The position numbers and the translations under genes are program-made. Positions 1 through 12,453 of a stretch of 64,000 nucleotides of DNA are shown piece after piece. The number at the start of each line of letters is the position of its first letter. Within the stretch, counting starts at the first letter, position 1. The DNA is from the human T2T-CHM13v2.0 reference genome, Homo sapiens: the NCBI RefSeq assembly GCF_009914755.1, contig NC_060927.1; one strand, given 5' to 3'. The notes under the pieces are model-generated. The model saw only the letters and a list, made by a program, of their open reading frames with translations, was not told the origin of the DNA and did no database searches.

Positions 1-147
1 TTGCTCATCCTCCCCATGCCACACTGTATGTATGTTTCCTCAGCAGCTCTGAGGAGGGTCCAGGCAGAGTGTGTGCACAAACAATTCCAAGAGACACAAG
101 TAGCTCCCAAAGTGCCTGACAGATGATGATATGGTTTTTTAAAAAAG

Positions 148-153
148 TTTAAT
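148..153 (-). terminator. SCAP: SCAP polyadenylation signal (ATTAAA variant)
   Basis: tttaat on + reads ATTAAA on -, 120 nt past the stop; GU/U-rich downstream element at about 66-99 on -. Confidence 0.75.
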
Positions 154-273
154 ATTATTACAGTCAGGAGGCAGCGGCTGGAAGATACTCGGCTCTTTCC
201 CCCAAGTCCAGGTTCAGTGCATTGGCCCCCACACAGCACCCCAGCCTCCTGCCTGGGCAAGGAGGCCCTGCGC

Positions 274-519
274 TCAGTCCAGCTTCTCCAGCACAGAGGG
301 CACATACACCAGGCTGAGCTCACTGCCAAAGTTGCAGACAATGGCAGCGTTGTCCAGCACCAGGATCTGGCGGGCAGGCTGGGCCTCACTGTTCTTCCCC
401 AGGTAGACTGTCTGTAACAGGTCCCCGTAGTTTAGGTCCCAAAAGGAGACACAGCCCTGGCCGCCAGTCACCAGCAGGTTGTCTGAGATGACACCCAAGC
501 TTGCACCACAGCCCAGGTC
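274..519 (-). CDS. SCAP: SCAP exon 23 coding part (DLGCGAS...LEKLD*), WD40 domain
   Basis: AG acceptor 520-521; TGA 274-276; 246 nt. Confidence 0.98.
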   Translation of the reverse strand, partial: DLGCGASLGVISDNLLVTGGQGCVSFWDLNYGDLLQTVYLGKNSEAQPARQILVLDNAAIVCNFGSELSLVYVPSVLEKLD

Positions 520-599
520 CTGGAGGCAAGGACATGACAAGCTCAGTCCTGAGTCCTTCCCTAAAATCCCAAGAATCCTATGATCCCCATCCCCTCTAC

Positions 600-806
600 C
601 TGCTGAATGGAGTAGAACTTGATGCCTGTGCTGCGGTCCCAGATGCTGATGAGGTCATCCAGGCCACTGCTGATGACACAGGAGGTGGTACAGGTAAGGG
701 AGGTGACATCCCCACGGTGAGCAAACACATGGCTGACCCGGCTGCCAGTCAGTACATCCCACAGGCAGATGGCCCCATCTTGTCCTCCACTGGCCAGCAC
801 CATGGT
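600..806 (-). CDS. SCAP: SCAP exon 22 ([11 protein letters not shown]...YSIQQ), WD40
   Basis: GT-AG boundaries, 207 nt, phase 0-0. Confidence 0.98.
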
Positions 807-991
807 CTGGGGAAACAGGCCAGGGGAGTGGGGTCACCATGGTGTAATACCTCTGTCAACAGTGGTGTCCCTGTGCCCCAGTGGGTGGGGCCCTGACTGC
901 TTCCTGGAAGGCCCCTGGGGACCAGCTCCCAGGAGTCAGCAAACATGGGCCACAGACTCTGTACCCCCTACCCCACCTGCAGGCCGCTTAC

Positions 992-1072
992 CTGGTCAAT
1001 GTACACGGTCGTGATGGCCCCTGAGTGGCCCTGAAGGGTGAAGAGGCAGCACGAGTCCTCCAGACGGAACAC
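992..1072 (-). CDS. SCAP: SCAP exon 21 (VFRLEDS...VYIDQ)
   Basis: cag|GTG ... CAG|gtaag, 81 nt. Confidence 0.97.
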
Positions 1073-1246
1073 CTGGGACAGGGATGGGCCTCAGGTTCTG
1101 GTCTCTGGGATTTTCCAAGTTATACTTTGGCTGGGAAATGCCCTCTGTTCTTCACCAGGACTCTTCCAGCCTCTCCCTGACGAATGCATCAGGCTCCCAC
1201 CCCGTGCCGGGCCACTCCAGCACCCAAGAGACAAGACAATACTCAC

Positions 1247-1413
1247 TCTCAGTGTGTGGTCTTGGCTCCCAGTCACCAAGCGCCCAGCAGCGGCTTTCAG
1301 GGCTGTGATGGGTTTTTGGTGTGCACAGGGCACTGTGTGGGTCAGGTGACAGGCCACTGTGTCGCTGCTGCTGTACACTGGAGAGGCAGGGGAACTGCCC
1401 CGCCCTGGGGTCC
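1247..1413 (-). CDS. SCAP: SCAP exon 20 (GTPGRG...DHTLR)
   Basis: GT-AG, 167 nt, frame continuous. Confidence 0.97.
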
Positions 1414-1517
1414 CTGAGGACAAAAGGCCAAGTGAAGAATCTCTGAGAAAGCAATGGGTAGACGGCCCCTGCCCGTCCCACCAAGTGTGAACACCTGCCC
1501 ACCCCAGGCCCTCCGAC

Positions 1518-1600
1518 CTCTAAACTGCAGGGGGCTGAGGGCAGTGTGGGTCTCCAAGGAGAAGAAATCAAGGGAACCGTTGAGCCGTGCAGCCACAATC
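1518..1600 (-). CDS. SCAP: SCAP exon 19 (RIVAARLNG...LQFR)
   Basis: GT-AG, 83 nt. Confidence 0.97.
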
Positions 1601-2977
1601 CTGGAAGAGAAGAACAGCTGCCAGGGGCCTCTCCCTTAGAGCCCCAGCCCTGGGGCTGAGCATGTGGACATGAGAGTTAAGGGCCAGTTCAAGAAGGCAC
1701 AGGAGGGACATGGCCAAGAGGAAAGCACATGGTGCCAGAACAGATGCTGGAGCCAGAGGGCAACTCCAAATATTAACCACCTTGTGCCTCAGTTTCTTCA
1801 TCCGTAAAATGGGGATAAGAGTACCCACCTCACAGGGTGGTCATGAGAATCAAGTGAGCTAACGTGTAAGGTGGTACCTGGTGAATATCACGTAAGTTTG
1901 TAAATTAAAAACAAGCAGAGGGCTCCATGTAGCCTGGAGCTGAAGGGAGGGCTGCTGAGGGGAAACAGGATGCAGGGTGGGCTATGTTGGGTGTTGCGGA
2001 AGCCTGCATTCTCCACATAAAAGCAGCTTCAACCCAAGCACAGCTCACATCAATTCCTTTTTCCATAAAGAAACAAGGATTTTCTTTGCTCTCCAAAATT
2101 CCTAGGTACAGTCTGACAGGCAGGGATGGGTATATTTGCCCAGTAACCCCAAAGCCTCAAAGCAGATGGGGTTCAAAATCTTACTGCAGGGAAAGGCAAT
2201 GCATGTCTGCCTACAACCTCTGCCCATGAATTTGAAGGGCCTGCACCAGAGCTGGGGAAGCCAGTTTTATGATTGGAAGTGGGTGGACAAGGAGAGACCA
2301 CAGTCACCAGGAACCCTGATGGTCAGGTTGAGACATCGGGGCTTTCCTTAAAGCTAAAACAAGCAGCAAAGGAGAATTTCCAAGAAGCATGGAGGGGCCT
2401 GGTGAAATTGGCCAGGCTGGAGGGGAGGATGTCAGCCAAAGCCCATGCAGAACCTGTGGTGACAGGAATGACGGCAGCAGCCCACTGGCAGAAATCAACA
2501 TCACTAAGGGCAAGGGACGCCCCCTCCCCAAGGAAAAAGACTCCAGCTCTAGGTCAGATGGTGCTGCCACCAACAGTCAAGGAGCCTTGGAGGAGGAGCC
2601 AGTGTGGGACAGGCAGGCAAAGGCGTCCGGCAGAAGGCACCTGGCCACTGGGTGGAGACCCAGGTTCACCAGCTTGGAGGTGGGGCCAGAACCCAGGTGG
2701 CTGAGACTCCCCAAGGAGTGTGCATGCAGACGGAGTACTGGGGACGCCCACAGCCAACAGGCTTGCTGAGGAGGCCAAGCACGACAGAGGCAGGGAGAGC
2801 AGAGAACAGCTGCCAGCGGCCAAGGAGAAGAGAGGGTTCTGCAAGCGCACTCTGTAACTAAAAATGCAACCAAGATACCCCAAAGGCTCAATATTGACAA
2901 GCTAATCAGAGAAACTGGCTTCATTGAGAAGGGCGAGAAAGGATAGGAGTATATCACTCCCCACTGTCACTGCTTAA

Positions 2978-3340
<363 letters not shown>

Positions 3341-3532
3341 CTAACGCTTTTAATTGTTACCTTCCCATCCAAGTGGACTGCCCTCTGCTCACAGGTGTGG
3401 AGCTGGGCACCAAGAAGGTCAATCGAATCATACAGTACAGCAGTTGAAGAGAACCAGAACTCAAGACTCAAGAGAGTATGGCCTAGCCAACAAAGGCTGG
3501 GGACATCTGGGGCTGAGGCAGGCCACGCTCAC

Positions 3533-3618
3533 CTTTTGTCCAAGAACACCAGAGCGGTAATGCCTGAGGAGACCTCCTCGCTGCTGCAGCACAGCACCCC
3601 TTCAATGGCGTCCCACAC
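3533..3618 (-). CDS. SCAP: SCAP exon 18 (VWDAIEG...VFLDK)
   Basis: GT-AG, 86 nt. Confidence 0.97.
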
Positions 3619-3714
3619 CTACGAGTCCAGAGGCTGTGAGCACCTGCCAGCCAGAAAGGCCCACAATCCCCGGGGCGGACAGCCGCTCTGCCCACCTTTA
3701 GCCCCTCTGCCCAC

Positions 3715-4237
3715 CTCCAGCCGGCCGCTGCTCCGCCCCACCACGATGAGGTTGCCCTGCAGCTCCAAGCTCCAGATGGAACCCTCGGCACTGGGGGCCC
3801 AGGCGAGGGAAGGGGAGCCTTTCTCGGGGGAGCCACCCTCGTCCTCAGGGGCCTGGGACAGCACCGGCCCAGGCGAGGGTGGGCGCAGGGCTGGTGTGCA
3901 GACGGCCGCCAGCCCCTCCTCCTGGTACACCCGCTGCACCAGGCAGCTGAAGTCATAGCCTGGGGAGTCCCGAGAGCGGCCACAGACCGCCCGGTGCCGG
4001 GGCTCGGGCTGAGTGGGCTGTGAGGACCGAGGCTGCGCTGAAAAGTTGGTGTCAATTAAGCAGGTGAGGTCAGGCTGGTCCCCGAAGAGGGAAGGCGGCG
4101 GAGGGCCCCGGGGGCGGTGTCTCAGGGGAGGGCTGTCCCCAGGCTCCTCTGGACCAGCCTTCCCACCATCTGAAAGTCGTTCCCAGCTCTCCTGAGCCTC
4201 AAGCCCGCTGCCCACGCCACTGTCCCGGCGCTGCCTG
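3715..4237 (-). CDS. SCAP: SCAP exon 17 (RQRRDSG...SGRLE), Pro/Ser-rich insert in the WD region
   Basis: 523 nt; tandem CAGCAG acceptor; GAG|gtggg donor. Confidence 0.96.
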
Positions 4238-4257
4238 CTGGGGGCCAGGAGGGCGGA

Positions 4258-4560
4258 GTGAGAGGGGGCACGGGGGAGGGGGGTGAGAGGGGGCACGGGG
4301 GAGGGGGGTGAGAGGGGGCGGGGGAGGGGGGTGAGAGGGGGCGGGGGAGAAGTGAGAGGGGGCGTGGGAGTGAGAAGGGGCAAGGGAAAAGGGGGTGGGG
4401 GGAGAGGGTGGTGCGGGGTGGGGAGAGGGGGGTACGGGGTGGTGGGAGGGGGTGCGGGGGTGGGGGGAGAGGGGGCCTGGAGGGGTTGGGGGATACCTCG
4501 GAGGAAGAAAGGAGGGGAGATACGTGGCGGCGGGGGGTGGGGTGAGGGGGGTTGTGGGGG
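4258..4560 (+). repeat. G-rich tandem repeat (18-25-bp units starting GTGAGAGGGGGC) and G-tract low-complexity region in intron 16
   Basis: Unit starts at 4258, 4283, 4308, 4331, 4352, 4370; many G4-G6 runs. Confidence 0.9.
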
Positions 4561-4590
4561 CACAAAGGAGGAAAGGGCAGCCGCACCTAC

Positions 4591-4706
4591 CCTGGGCGCG
4601 GAATGCGCGTTAGGCAATCCCCGGTCTGCGCGTCCCACACGCAGATGTGGCCTGCCAGGCAGCAGCTCACCAGCAGCATGCCGTCGCTGGCCAGGCACTC
4701 GATGTC
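4591..4706 (-). CDS. SCAP: SCAP exon 16 (DIECLASDG...RIPRP); encodes Ile798
   Basis: GT-AG, 116 nt. Confidence 0.98.
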
Positions 4707-4777
4707 CTGCAGAAGCCCGGTGTTGGTATGGGCCAGGCTCCGGCCCTCCCCTACCCGGCCACTGTGCCCCTGCTCAC

Positions 4778-4979
4778 CATGAGGTGGCCGCGCAGCACAA
4801 GCGGCACGATCTCCGTCTCGGGTGGCGCATAGCCGTAGTCGTCGCAGGGCAGCTCCCCGCGCCTCCGCCGCCCGGGCCCACCACCCAGCTGCCCGTAGTT
4901 GCGCGGGCATAGCACGCGGTAGAGGCAGAGCAGCAGCAGCACCAAGACGATGCCGGTGGCCAGGCCCAGCGCCGCCACC
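4778..4979 (-). CDS. SCAP: SCAP exon 15 (TM8; VAALGLATG...RGHLM)
   Basis: GT-AG, 202 nt. Confidence 0.98.
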
Positions 4980-5111
4980 CTGCACGGGAGGGCGGACTGC
5001 TGTGAGACACACCTCACAGCCTGTCCCCTCCCCTCCTCCCTCTCCCCTACTCTTGCCTACCCGTCCCCCTCCCCGCACTCTTTCCCACCCCACCCCACCC
5101 AGCAGCCTTAC

Positions 5112-5300
5112 TTGTACAGCGTGACGTCTCCATGGGCCTGCACCCCACCTGGGCCCTTGGGTCCTGCTTCCCAGTGCCCAGCAGGTATGGGCCCCGGTGG
5201 GGGCCAGGCACTGCGGCCGTCCTGAGGGTGCCGGCCCTCCAGAGCCTCCCTCGGGTTCAGGCGGAGCGTGACTGGGATGACGGGCAGCAGGCTGATGTAC
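5112..5300 (-). CDS. SCAP: SCAP exon 14 (YISLLPV...VTLYK), luminal loop 7
   Basis: GT-AG, 189 nt. Confidence 0.97.
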
Positions 5301-5784
5301 CTGGATTCGGACAGTGGGCAGCCTCAGCGGGGGGCCTCCCAGGGCTTCCTCCTGCTGTGCTCGCCAGCCAGTCCTCTCCCTCCTCCCCAGGCAGGCCTCA
5401 GCTCCACCGGCCAGACTCTCCCAGCATGGGGGGTTGGGGACAGAGGTAGGTCCCTCCCCAGCCCAGCTTAGCAGCCAACTTGCTGTCCCAGATACCAGCA
5501 CCCAAACAGCCCTGGTGGCCGTGTGGGGTATCTCCCTCCCCACTCCTGGCACAGGTGGGTGGGTCTCATTCTGGTGAGGGCTGGCAGCCACCAGTGACTC
5601 CTCAGAGCAACCTGGGACTCCTCTCTTGGGTTATAGCTGCCTAAACCACCAGTTCCCACCTCACAACCTTATGAACTGTTTTAATTATTTGCATAATTCA
5701 AACCTGTGGGCCTCCTGCATTGGGGAAAGGGGATGGTGAGTTGACACCATCGAGTGAGGTGGCACCTGGCACGGCCCAGCTCAC

Positions 5785-6161
5785 CTCTTGGCCAGTGTGA
5801 TGTTGTAATAGCTGAAGAGCGTCGGCCAGTGGCGGAAGGACAATTTCCTCCAAAGTTCCTCATCCTCAGGCCCCCAGGTTACCTCTGGGACTGGGCTGTC
5901 ATGGACAACCTCTGCTGGACCTCCACGCTCAGGTGACTCGCCTGGCGACGTCTGGTTCTCAGGTAGCTTAGGGGCATCAGGTGGGAAGATGGAGAAGGCA
6001 GGGTCCGGGTGGCTGGGGGGCAGCATGCCACTAGGCACGGGCATGGGAGCCAGGGCTCCCTCACCCAATGGGCTCTGTTCCGTCACCTGGGCAGCGAGGT
6101 AGTTGCGCAGCCCTGCTGGGTCTGTGTATACCAGGATGCCAATCCAGACAACGGTGCCAGC
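5785..6161 (-). CDS. SCAP: SCAP exon 13 (TM7 and loop 7; NQT and NIT glycosylation sequons)
   Basis: GT-AG, 377 nt. Confidence 0.98.
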
Positions 6162-7010
6162 CTGCAGTGGGGCAGGGGGTACTCAGTGGGAGGAATGGGC
6201 CCCAACCCCCAGCAGCTTCAGCCCTCATGCTGAGAGGAAGCAGCACAGGGACCTCAGGCCTGGGGATGGAGAGAGGACACAGGCCCCACTGCGTCCTTTT
6301 CTCCTGCCTCTCCAAGTCCTCCTGCTAACACCTGCCAACACTTGCTGCTGGAGGGGCCTGCTTGCCTTTCCACAGTTAGGGGCTGAGTTTCTTGGCCTGG
6401 AAATACACTGAAGCACCCTGAGGTTTGACACAGAATGTCCCCACCCCTAAGCTCCACCTCAGCTGGAGCCAGAAAGCTGCTACCATTCCTACGGTCAGAG
6501 GGCCAGCAACCTGACCTGCTCCAGAGTCCCCCAGAGGTCCTAGTCCCAGGGGGCCTCAGCCTTCCTCCCATCTCAGTTCAGCTCCCTGGAAGAGGCACTG
6601 CTGCCCCAAGGCCAGCCCAGCCCGGCTGGTGAATGATTTTGCCCAGCACTTTCCAGTGTCTGCACACCATGCAGCGGCCGATGAACCCGACCCAGGGCAA
6701 TGTGGTGGCCACAAGTGGGTCCATCCCAGAGCACTCAACTAACAGGCTCCTGTCCTGGGCCACTCTGGGGAGAGGATGGCTCCTGTACCTGAGAACCCTG
6801 GAGCTGCTTCTCCCACAGGCTTATCTCCTCAGAAGCCACTAGGGTCTGGGCAGGGAGGACACAACGGGCAACTCCCCAGAGCCAGGCTTCCAGGGGCCAC
6901 CAGGGCCTGAGGAATACCCTTTGCCACTCTAAGGCCAAGTGCAGCACCACAAGGGGCCTGGAGCACCGGCCCTCCAGAAGAGGGCAGGGCAGGGCAGGGG
7001 TGGCAGGTAC

Positions 7011-7229
7011 CATGATGAGGCGCTGTGCCAGGCGGGTGCGGGCCAGGAAGTAGACAACACGCAGCCTCTTGGGGAGCCGCAGGTTTCGGAAGGAAGACGG
7101 CTGCAACGTGATGGTGTGGGGTGTGGACGGCCTCACAGCCAGCTGCCGCTCGTAGCGCGTTGGCTGCCCCACTGGCTTGGCTGAGGGCAGGCAGGCCTCA
7201 GGGGGCAGTCGCTTGTTCAGGTCTGCTAG
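7011..7229 (-). CDS. SCAP: SCAP exon 12 (LADLNKR...QRLIM), cytosolic loop 6
   Basis: GT-AG, 219 nt. Confidence 0.98.
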
Positions 7230-7387
7230 CTGTTGGGGGCACAGTGGTCAGGGCCTGAGTCCACCATCCAGAGGCTGCTCGCACAGGACCGCTGTCCTGC
7301 CCGAGGTCTACACCCTTCTCACCCAGGACTCCCTCAGTACAGCCAGGGCTGAGGAGGCGGGCAGGGCAGGGCTCAGCCCACTCCTAC

Positions 7388-7486
7388 CTCCATCCGGCGA
7401 ATGTCAATGGACAGGACAGTGGTGAAAAACAGCATCTGAAGGAAGAAGTCAGACACCAGCCCCACGACAGCAAAGAGACAGAACTC
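7388..7486 (-). CDS. SCAP: SCAP exon 11 (EFCLFAVV...IRRME), TM6
   Basis: GT-AG, 99 nt. Confidence 0.98.
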
Positions 7487-8898
7487 CTGGAATCAGAGCA
7501 CATGGGGATGGGGGGGTGCCGTGACCTCACTGTCCCAGCCCAAGAGGAGCAGTGCCCGGACTGCAGCCACCTCATAACCGGCAGGGCAGCAGCAGGCAGG
7601 GCACAGCAGAGATGAGAGATGCTGGTTGGTCCTCAGCTCACATACCAGCAGCAGCTCACCCCGTCTCCACCAGGGGGCAGAAGAAACCCTCACACTTTCT
7701 TCAGAAAGGGCTGAAAGGGAAGGGGAAGTACCTTCCCTGAATCTTCCGGTCCCTCTAGAGGGGACTGAAGGCCTGATCCAACCCGGAAACCTCTAAGCCC
7801 CACCAGCCTGCTCCCCAAAAAGTCCTTCCCCACTGAGCCCCCGCCCTGCTCATGCATCACCAACCCAGCTAGAGCCCAGGCCTGATTCAGGGGCTCTCAG
7901 AAAGGTTCCCAGCCAGCAACTGCCCCGGAACAATGAAGAGAGAGAGAGAGGGATTAATTCTCTAAAACTGAAAAAGGGTGAGCTCTCTGCTCCCCAAGCT
8001 CTGTCAGCAGACAAAATTTTCTGAGATGTCGGTGTTGAGACCTCTAGCACATCACCACAGTGCTACTCCGATCTGGGGTAAGACCATGGAGTGCAGATAG
8101 TGGCACAGTGGTTGTCTCAGCTCTAACGTCCCAAGACTGTACCCTATCCTGCAGATACTACTGTTTTTCCAGGAGAAGCAGCCCACAGCCCATCTGTTCT
8201 CTGCTCACCCCCATCCCTCAGCTGGCCTGCCAGCCCTGGGGGAAAGACGGGGGAGAAAAGATGGCATCCTCCCCTTCCTGCAACTCCTTCTGGAATGGCT
8301 GGCATCAGTCTGGGGTTCCAGCTCAGTGCAGGGCCACCTCCACCTCTGCTCACAGCCCACAGCTGAGTGAGGGCACTTTGCCAAGAGCAGGGTCACTCTG
8401 GGCAATGGGTGGTGGCCCTCCCACTGGTCAGGCCAGGCAAGGCCATGCGTCTGGCGACTGCGGCACAGGCCAGGGCCAAGGGAGGAGACCGGAGGAAGGG
8501 TCTAGGAACCCCACGGTGCTTCTCCCTCAAAAATGGGAAACAGGTGTGACAAACTGCACAGCCAGTCCCCAGCTCCTGCCATGCCCTTGCAGCCTCCTCC
8601 TGCCACTTGGCTGAAAGGGAAGCAGGCAGGGAGGGGTAGGAAGACAGGGTCAAGGGCAGAGTCTGCCTGGCTAGGTGCTCAATCTGGGAACCCAGCCAGG
8701 GTTTGCTGAGCACTTCTGAGCCAGGCATGCCAGGGGCCATCTGGGTGCTGTAGTGATCTGCTTGCCAGGCAAAGAGGTCCCACCTCAGAAGCAAGGATGC
8801 CTGTGCTGAAGAGGGGAGCACCCTGCCCATGGCTGCACAGCTGGGGAGCACAGCAGTTGCTTCCATGCTCATCCAGGTGGCAGGCCTTGGGGCCTTAC

Positions 8899-8993
8899 CT
8901 GGATGGCGGGCACTAGGGTGAAGTAGCCGATGAGGATGATGCCCAGCTCCGTGGCCATGTTCTTCATGATGGACCAGCTCTCGCTGCTTAGGC
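8899..8993 (-). CDS. SCAP: SCAP exon 10 (GLSSESW...VPAIQ), sterol-sensing domain
   Basis: GT-AG, 95 nt. Confidence 0.97.
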
Positions 8994-9977
8994 CTGCAGA
9001 GGGCAGCAACAGGGCACAGGGCAACACATGGCCACTCTGCGACATGACTCACACAACCTCATGGGCCTCGGAGTGGCAGAGGCATGGCGAGGCCCCCCAG
9101 CCCTTTGAAGGAGCCATTCCACCAAAGCACCCCAACCCTCAGGGTCCTGCTAATGCCCAGACTTTAAGGGGCCATCACCACCACACAGCTGCTACGGGGA
9201 ACGGGTGTTCACAGCCTGGAGGGTGCAGAGGAGAGCTATAATCATCAAAAGAGGGAAGAAGCAGAGTGTGGAGATGAGAAAATCCACAAGGAAAGCCAAG
9301 TGCCACCCACAACAACCACATCCAACCTCCGCATGTGGTTCTTGTCTGGTCTGCACGGGCCAGCATGACAGTGTGCCCATCAACCACATGGCAGAAGCAC
9401 TCGGCGGGTAGAGGACCTGGCTGCGTTCTTCCTCAAGCCCCTTCCTGTAGTGAGCCCTGATCCCACGCTATCACACTGTCGCATGTCTAAGGCTCTGTGC
9501 TCTTACTGGGTAAGGACAATTTCGCCCCATCTCTTCCTAACTCCATATCCAGCACAGGGCCTGGCTTATCACAGAGGCTCACAGAGGTCTGGATGAATGG
9601 ACGGCTGCCTACAGCCCCATTCCTCACAGACATGGGGTGACGAGGAAGAAGAGGCTCAAGTGACCAGGCCTCCAAGGCCAGGCTCTCCCTTTTCTCATTT
9701 TCCCTAGAACCCCAGATCCCCAGCTTCTACCAGCAGGGCCAGAGGGAGCTTTTCTGGCAGCCGTGAAGGCAGCGTCTCTGAAATGGCCAGCCCCCGGGGC
9801 TTGGGCCTAGTGTGCTGGAGTGAGGCAGTAAGAGAAAATACTAGGCGCTAAACTCCCCAGACAGAAAGCCACCACCAAACACAAGCCCCACCCACACTGA
9901 AGTGCAGTGGTGTGATCACGGCTCACTGCAGCTTTGACCTCCCAGGCTCAAGCAATCCTCCCACCTCAGCCTCTTGA

Positions 9978-10166
<189 letters not shown>

Positions 10167-10389
10167 TGACACATGAACCAGGACGAAGTACAGTCCAATG
10201 GCCCCATGGCTCCCCAGGGCACACACTCAAGAGCTGCCAGGGCCCAGTGGCCCACTGCATATTATGCCGGAGGCAAGAGCAAGGGACATTTCAAGGGCTC
10301 TGTTTGCTCACAGAGCGTTAACAGCAAGAGGAACAGGCCCCATTCCAGCCCCTCCTGCAGCCCTCTGCCCAACTCTCCCACTGCGTTAC

Positions 10390-10502
10390 CTTGGGCGATC
10401 CGCAGCTTCACCTCCAGGTCTACCGGGGTTGAGACCACAGACTTGGTGAGCACCAACACATTCTCTAACCCAATAACCACCACAAGGTAGGGGAAAATCT
10501 CG
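10390..10502 (-). CDS. SCAP: SCAP exon 9 (EIFPYLVV...RIAQ), sterol-sensing domain
   Basis: GT-AG, 113 nt. Confidence 0.97.
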
Positions 10503-11941
10503 CTGGGGACAGAGAAGGAGAAGGTGAGGACAGTGTTGTGGTGGTTCCCAACAGACTGGGGCCCTCAGGAAGGCTGTGGGGTTTCCAGCCTGTCATGGGG
10601 GCTGCTGAGTGACTCCCACAGGTGCTGGGCAGAAACCCTCCCTTGTCCACCTCACCCAACAAGACCTGCATCTACACAGCACTCAGCTTTCAGGCAGGCT
10701 CCAGAGCCTTGCAGAGGGGCCAGCAGCCATCCTGTCTCTAGCCATCCAGCACAGGAGGGCTGGAAGAGGCCCCTCAGGGAGAGCTGTGCAGCGCCACTGC
10801 TAGACCACACTTCTGCTGGCCCTTCCCAGGAGAAGACTGCTGGCTAAAGACAATGACTGCTGCCAAGACCCACACCAGTAACTCTGGGTGGACCCATCAC
10901 AGCTAAATGCAAGGAGATGAAACCATCCTGAAGGCCCACTCACCTTTGTTGAGAAGCTGTGTGTGGAGAAGAACGACTGTTCCTACACAAAGCTCTACCA
11001 GCTATCTGAGCCCACTGTCCCACACTCCCCGCAGCAAACCCTAAGAAAGTCTATGTGCGAGGAACGCCAGCCAAGTTATACCTTGCAGGACCTCTGCTTT
11101 GGAGCCGAAGGAAGGGAGGGCCCTGTGGAGGGTATGGCAGACGGTATGGGGGAGGGTGGTGTTTAACAGTGTCAAGCTCAGGAAAGGGAGCAGGTATCTA
11201 AGAGCAACGAAACTACCAGAAACAAAATACGACGTCGCTTTTCATACGACCAGCCTGATGGGCCAAAGTGGTGGACAGGCCAATCCATAATCCATTAATA
11301 ACCATTAATAGACAGGCAGGCGGGCCTAGCCAGAGCCAAGATCAAAGCCTGAGGACAAGCCGAGGGAAGGGCTTCCAGACTAAGGTTCAGAGAGGAGTGG
11401 CAAGGGGAAAGTAAACATCAGTGAAAAAGGCGACAAATTACAGTGTGCTCATATCTTCCAAAGAGCTTCCTCTAAAATGACCTATTTCATTAGGCATTTA
11501 AATGTTCTAATCATGAAAAAAAAAATGTTCTCTTCTCTATCTCACACCTCCAGTGGCTTAAGCCATCAAGCTGCAGTGTGTGTGTGGTGTGTGTATATAG
11601 AATACATAAACACAGACACACAAATCCGACTACACACATGCAATACATACTCATGTATACACAAACATACCAACACACACCCCTTATATACACACCCAGC
11701 CCACAAATATGCACTTTTGTACATATGGACACTCACTATAGCTAGATATGCTATATACAAACACAAGTATGAATACAAGCCAGACAAAGAAGAGGAAGAA
11801 AATGTACCTCTTAAATGTCAAAAACAACAATGTGAAGACGTGAGGTCACAGCAAAGTCCAGGGAAGGCCAAGAACCCAGAAGTGCAAGGCTCTCTGGCCT
11901 GAGCCCACCCTGTGGCCCAGTGGAGCCTGCTAGGGACCTAC

Positions 11942-12068
11942 CCGCCATTGAGGGTGGGCGTCAGGCCGAAGAGTGTGCAGAGTCCCACAGACATGAGCAG
12001 CGAGCTGAGCACTGTGACCACGGCAGCCAGGGCCAGCCCCCACTTGGACTTGACCATGTCGATCTTCC
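11942..12068 (-). CDS. SCAP: SCAP exon 8 ([10 protein letters not shown]...TLNGG)
   Basis: GT-AG, 127 nt. Confidence 0.97.
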
Positions 12069-12453
12069 CTGGAGGGCAGAGAGGGCGTATCAGGGCGGCC
12101 CCTCCCCCAGCCCCCGGCCCACTGGGGCTCCCGGGAGTAGGTTGCCCTGACAGTCGAGGAAGGGAAAACTCCTGGTTTCACCAAAGGAAAGGGACAGGCA
12201 CAAGCACTTCCCAGTGTCATGGACACAGTACACCTTTTAGGAACCCTAACCCAGGAAGGGGCTGAAAGTGGGAAGAGCCCCGGCCCCACCCAAGCTCCTA
12301 AGACCCTGCTGGGGGACAAAGCCCTAGCTCTGATGACCACCAGGTGTGTTCTATCTCTCTACCCCAAGCCACCTCCAGAGCCAGGGAAGCAGGTGACATG
12401 GAAATGCCCGTTTAGCTTGGAGAAAGCCCTCAGCCTCCCTGCCATGAACCTAC

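Larger units (their letters stand above)
3670..5300. promoter_or_regulatory. Intragenic GC/CpG-rich region over exons 14-17
   Basis: Visibly high GC and CpG density compared with the rest of the window; not computed. Confidence 0.55.

Noticed and set aside
4258-4380. Regularly spaced repeats as a possible CRISPR-like array
   Set aside because: Tandem G-rich units with no unique spacers and no cas genes, inside a eukaryotic intron.
3619-4698. 359-aa Pro-rich minus-strand ORF
   Set aside because: It is exon 17 extended through the stop-poor C-rich intron 16, with a GTG start. In the true exon 16 frame, intron retention hits TAG immediately.
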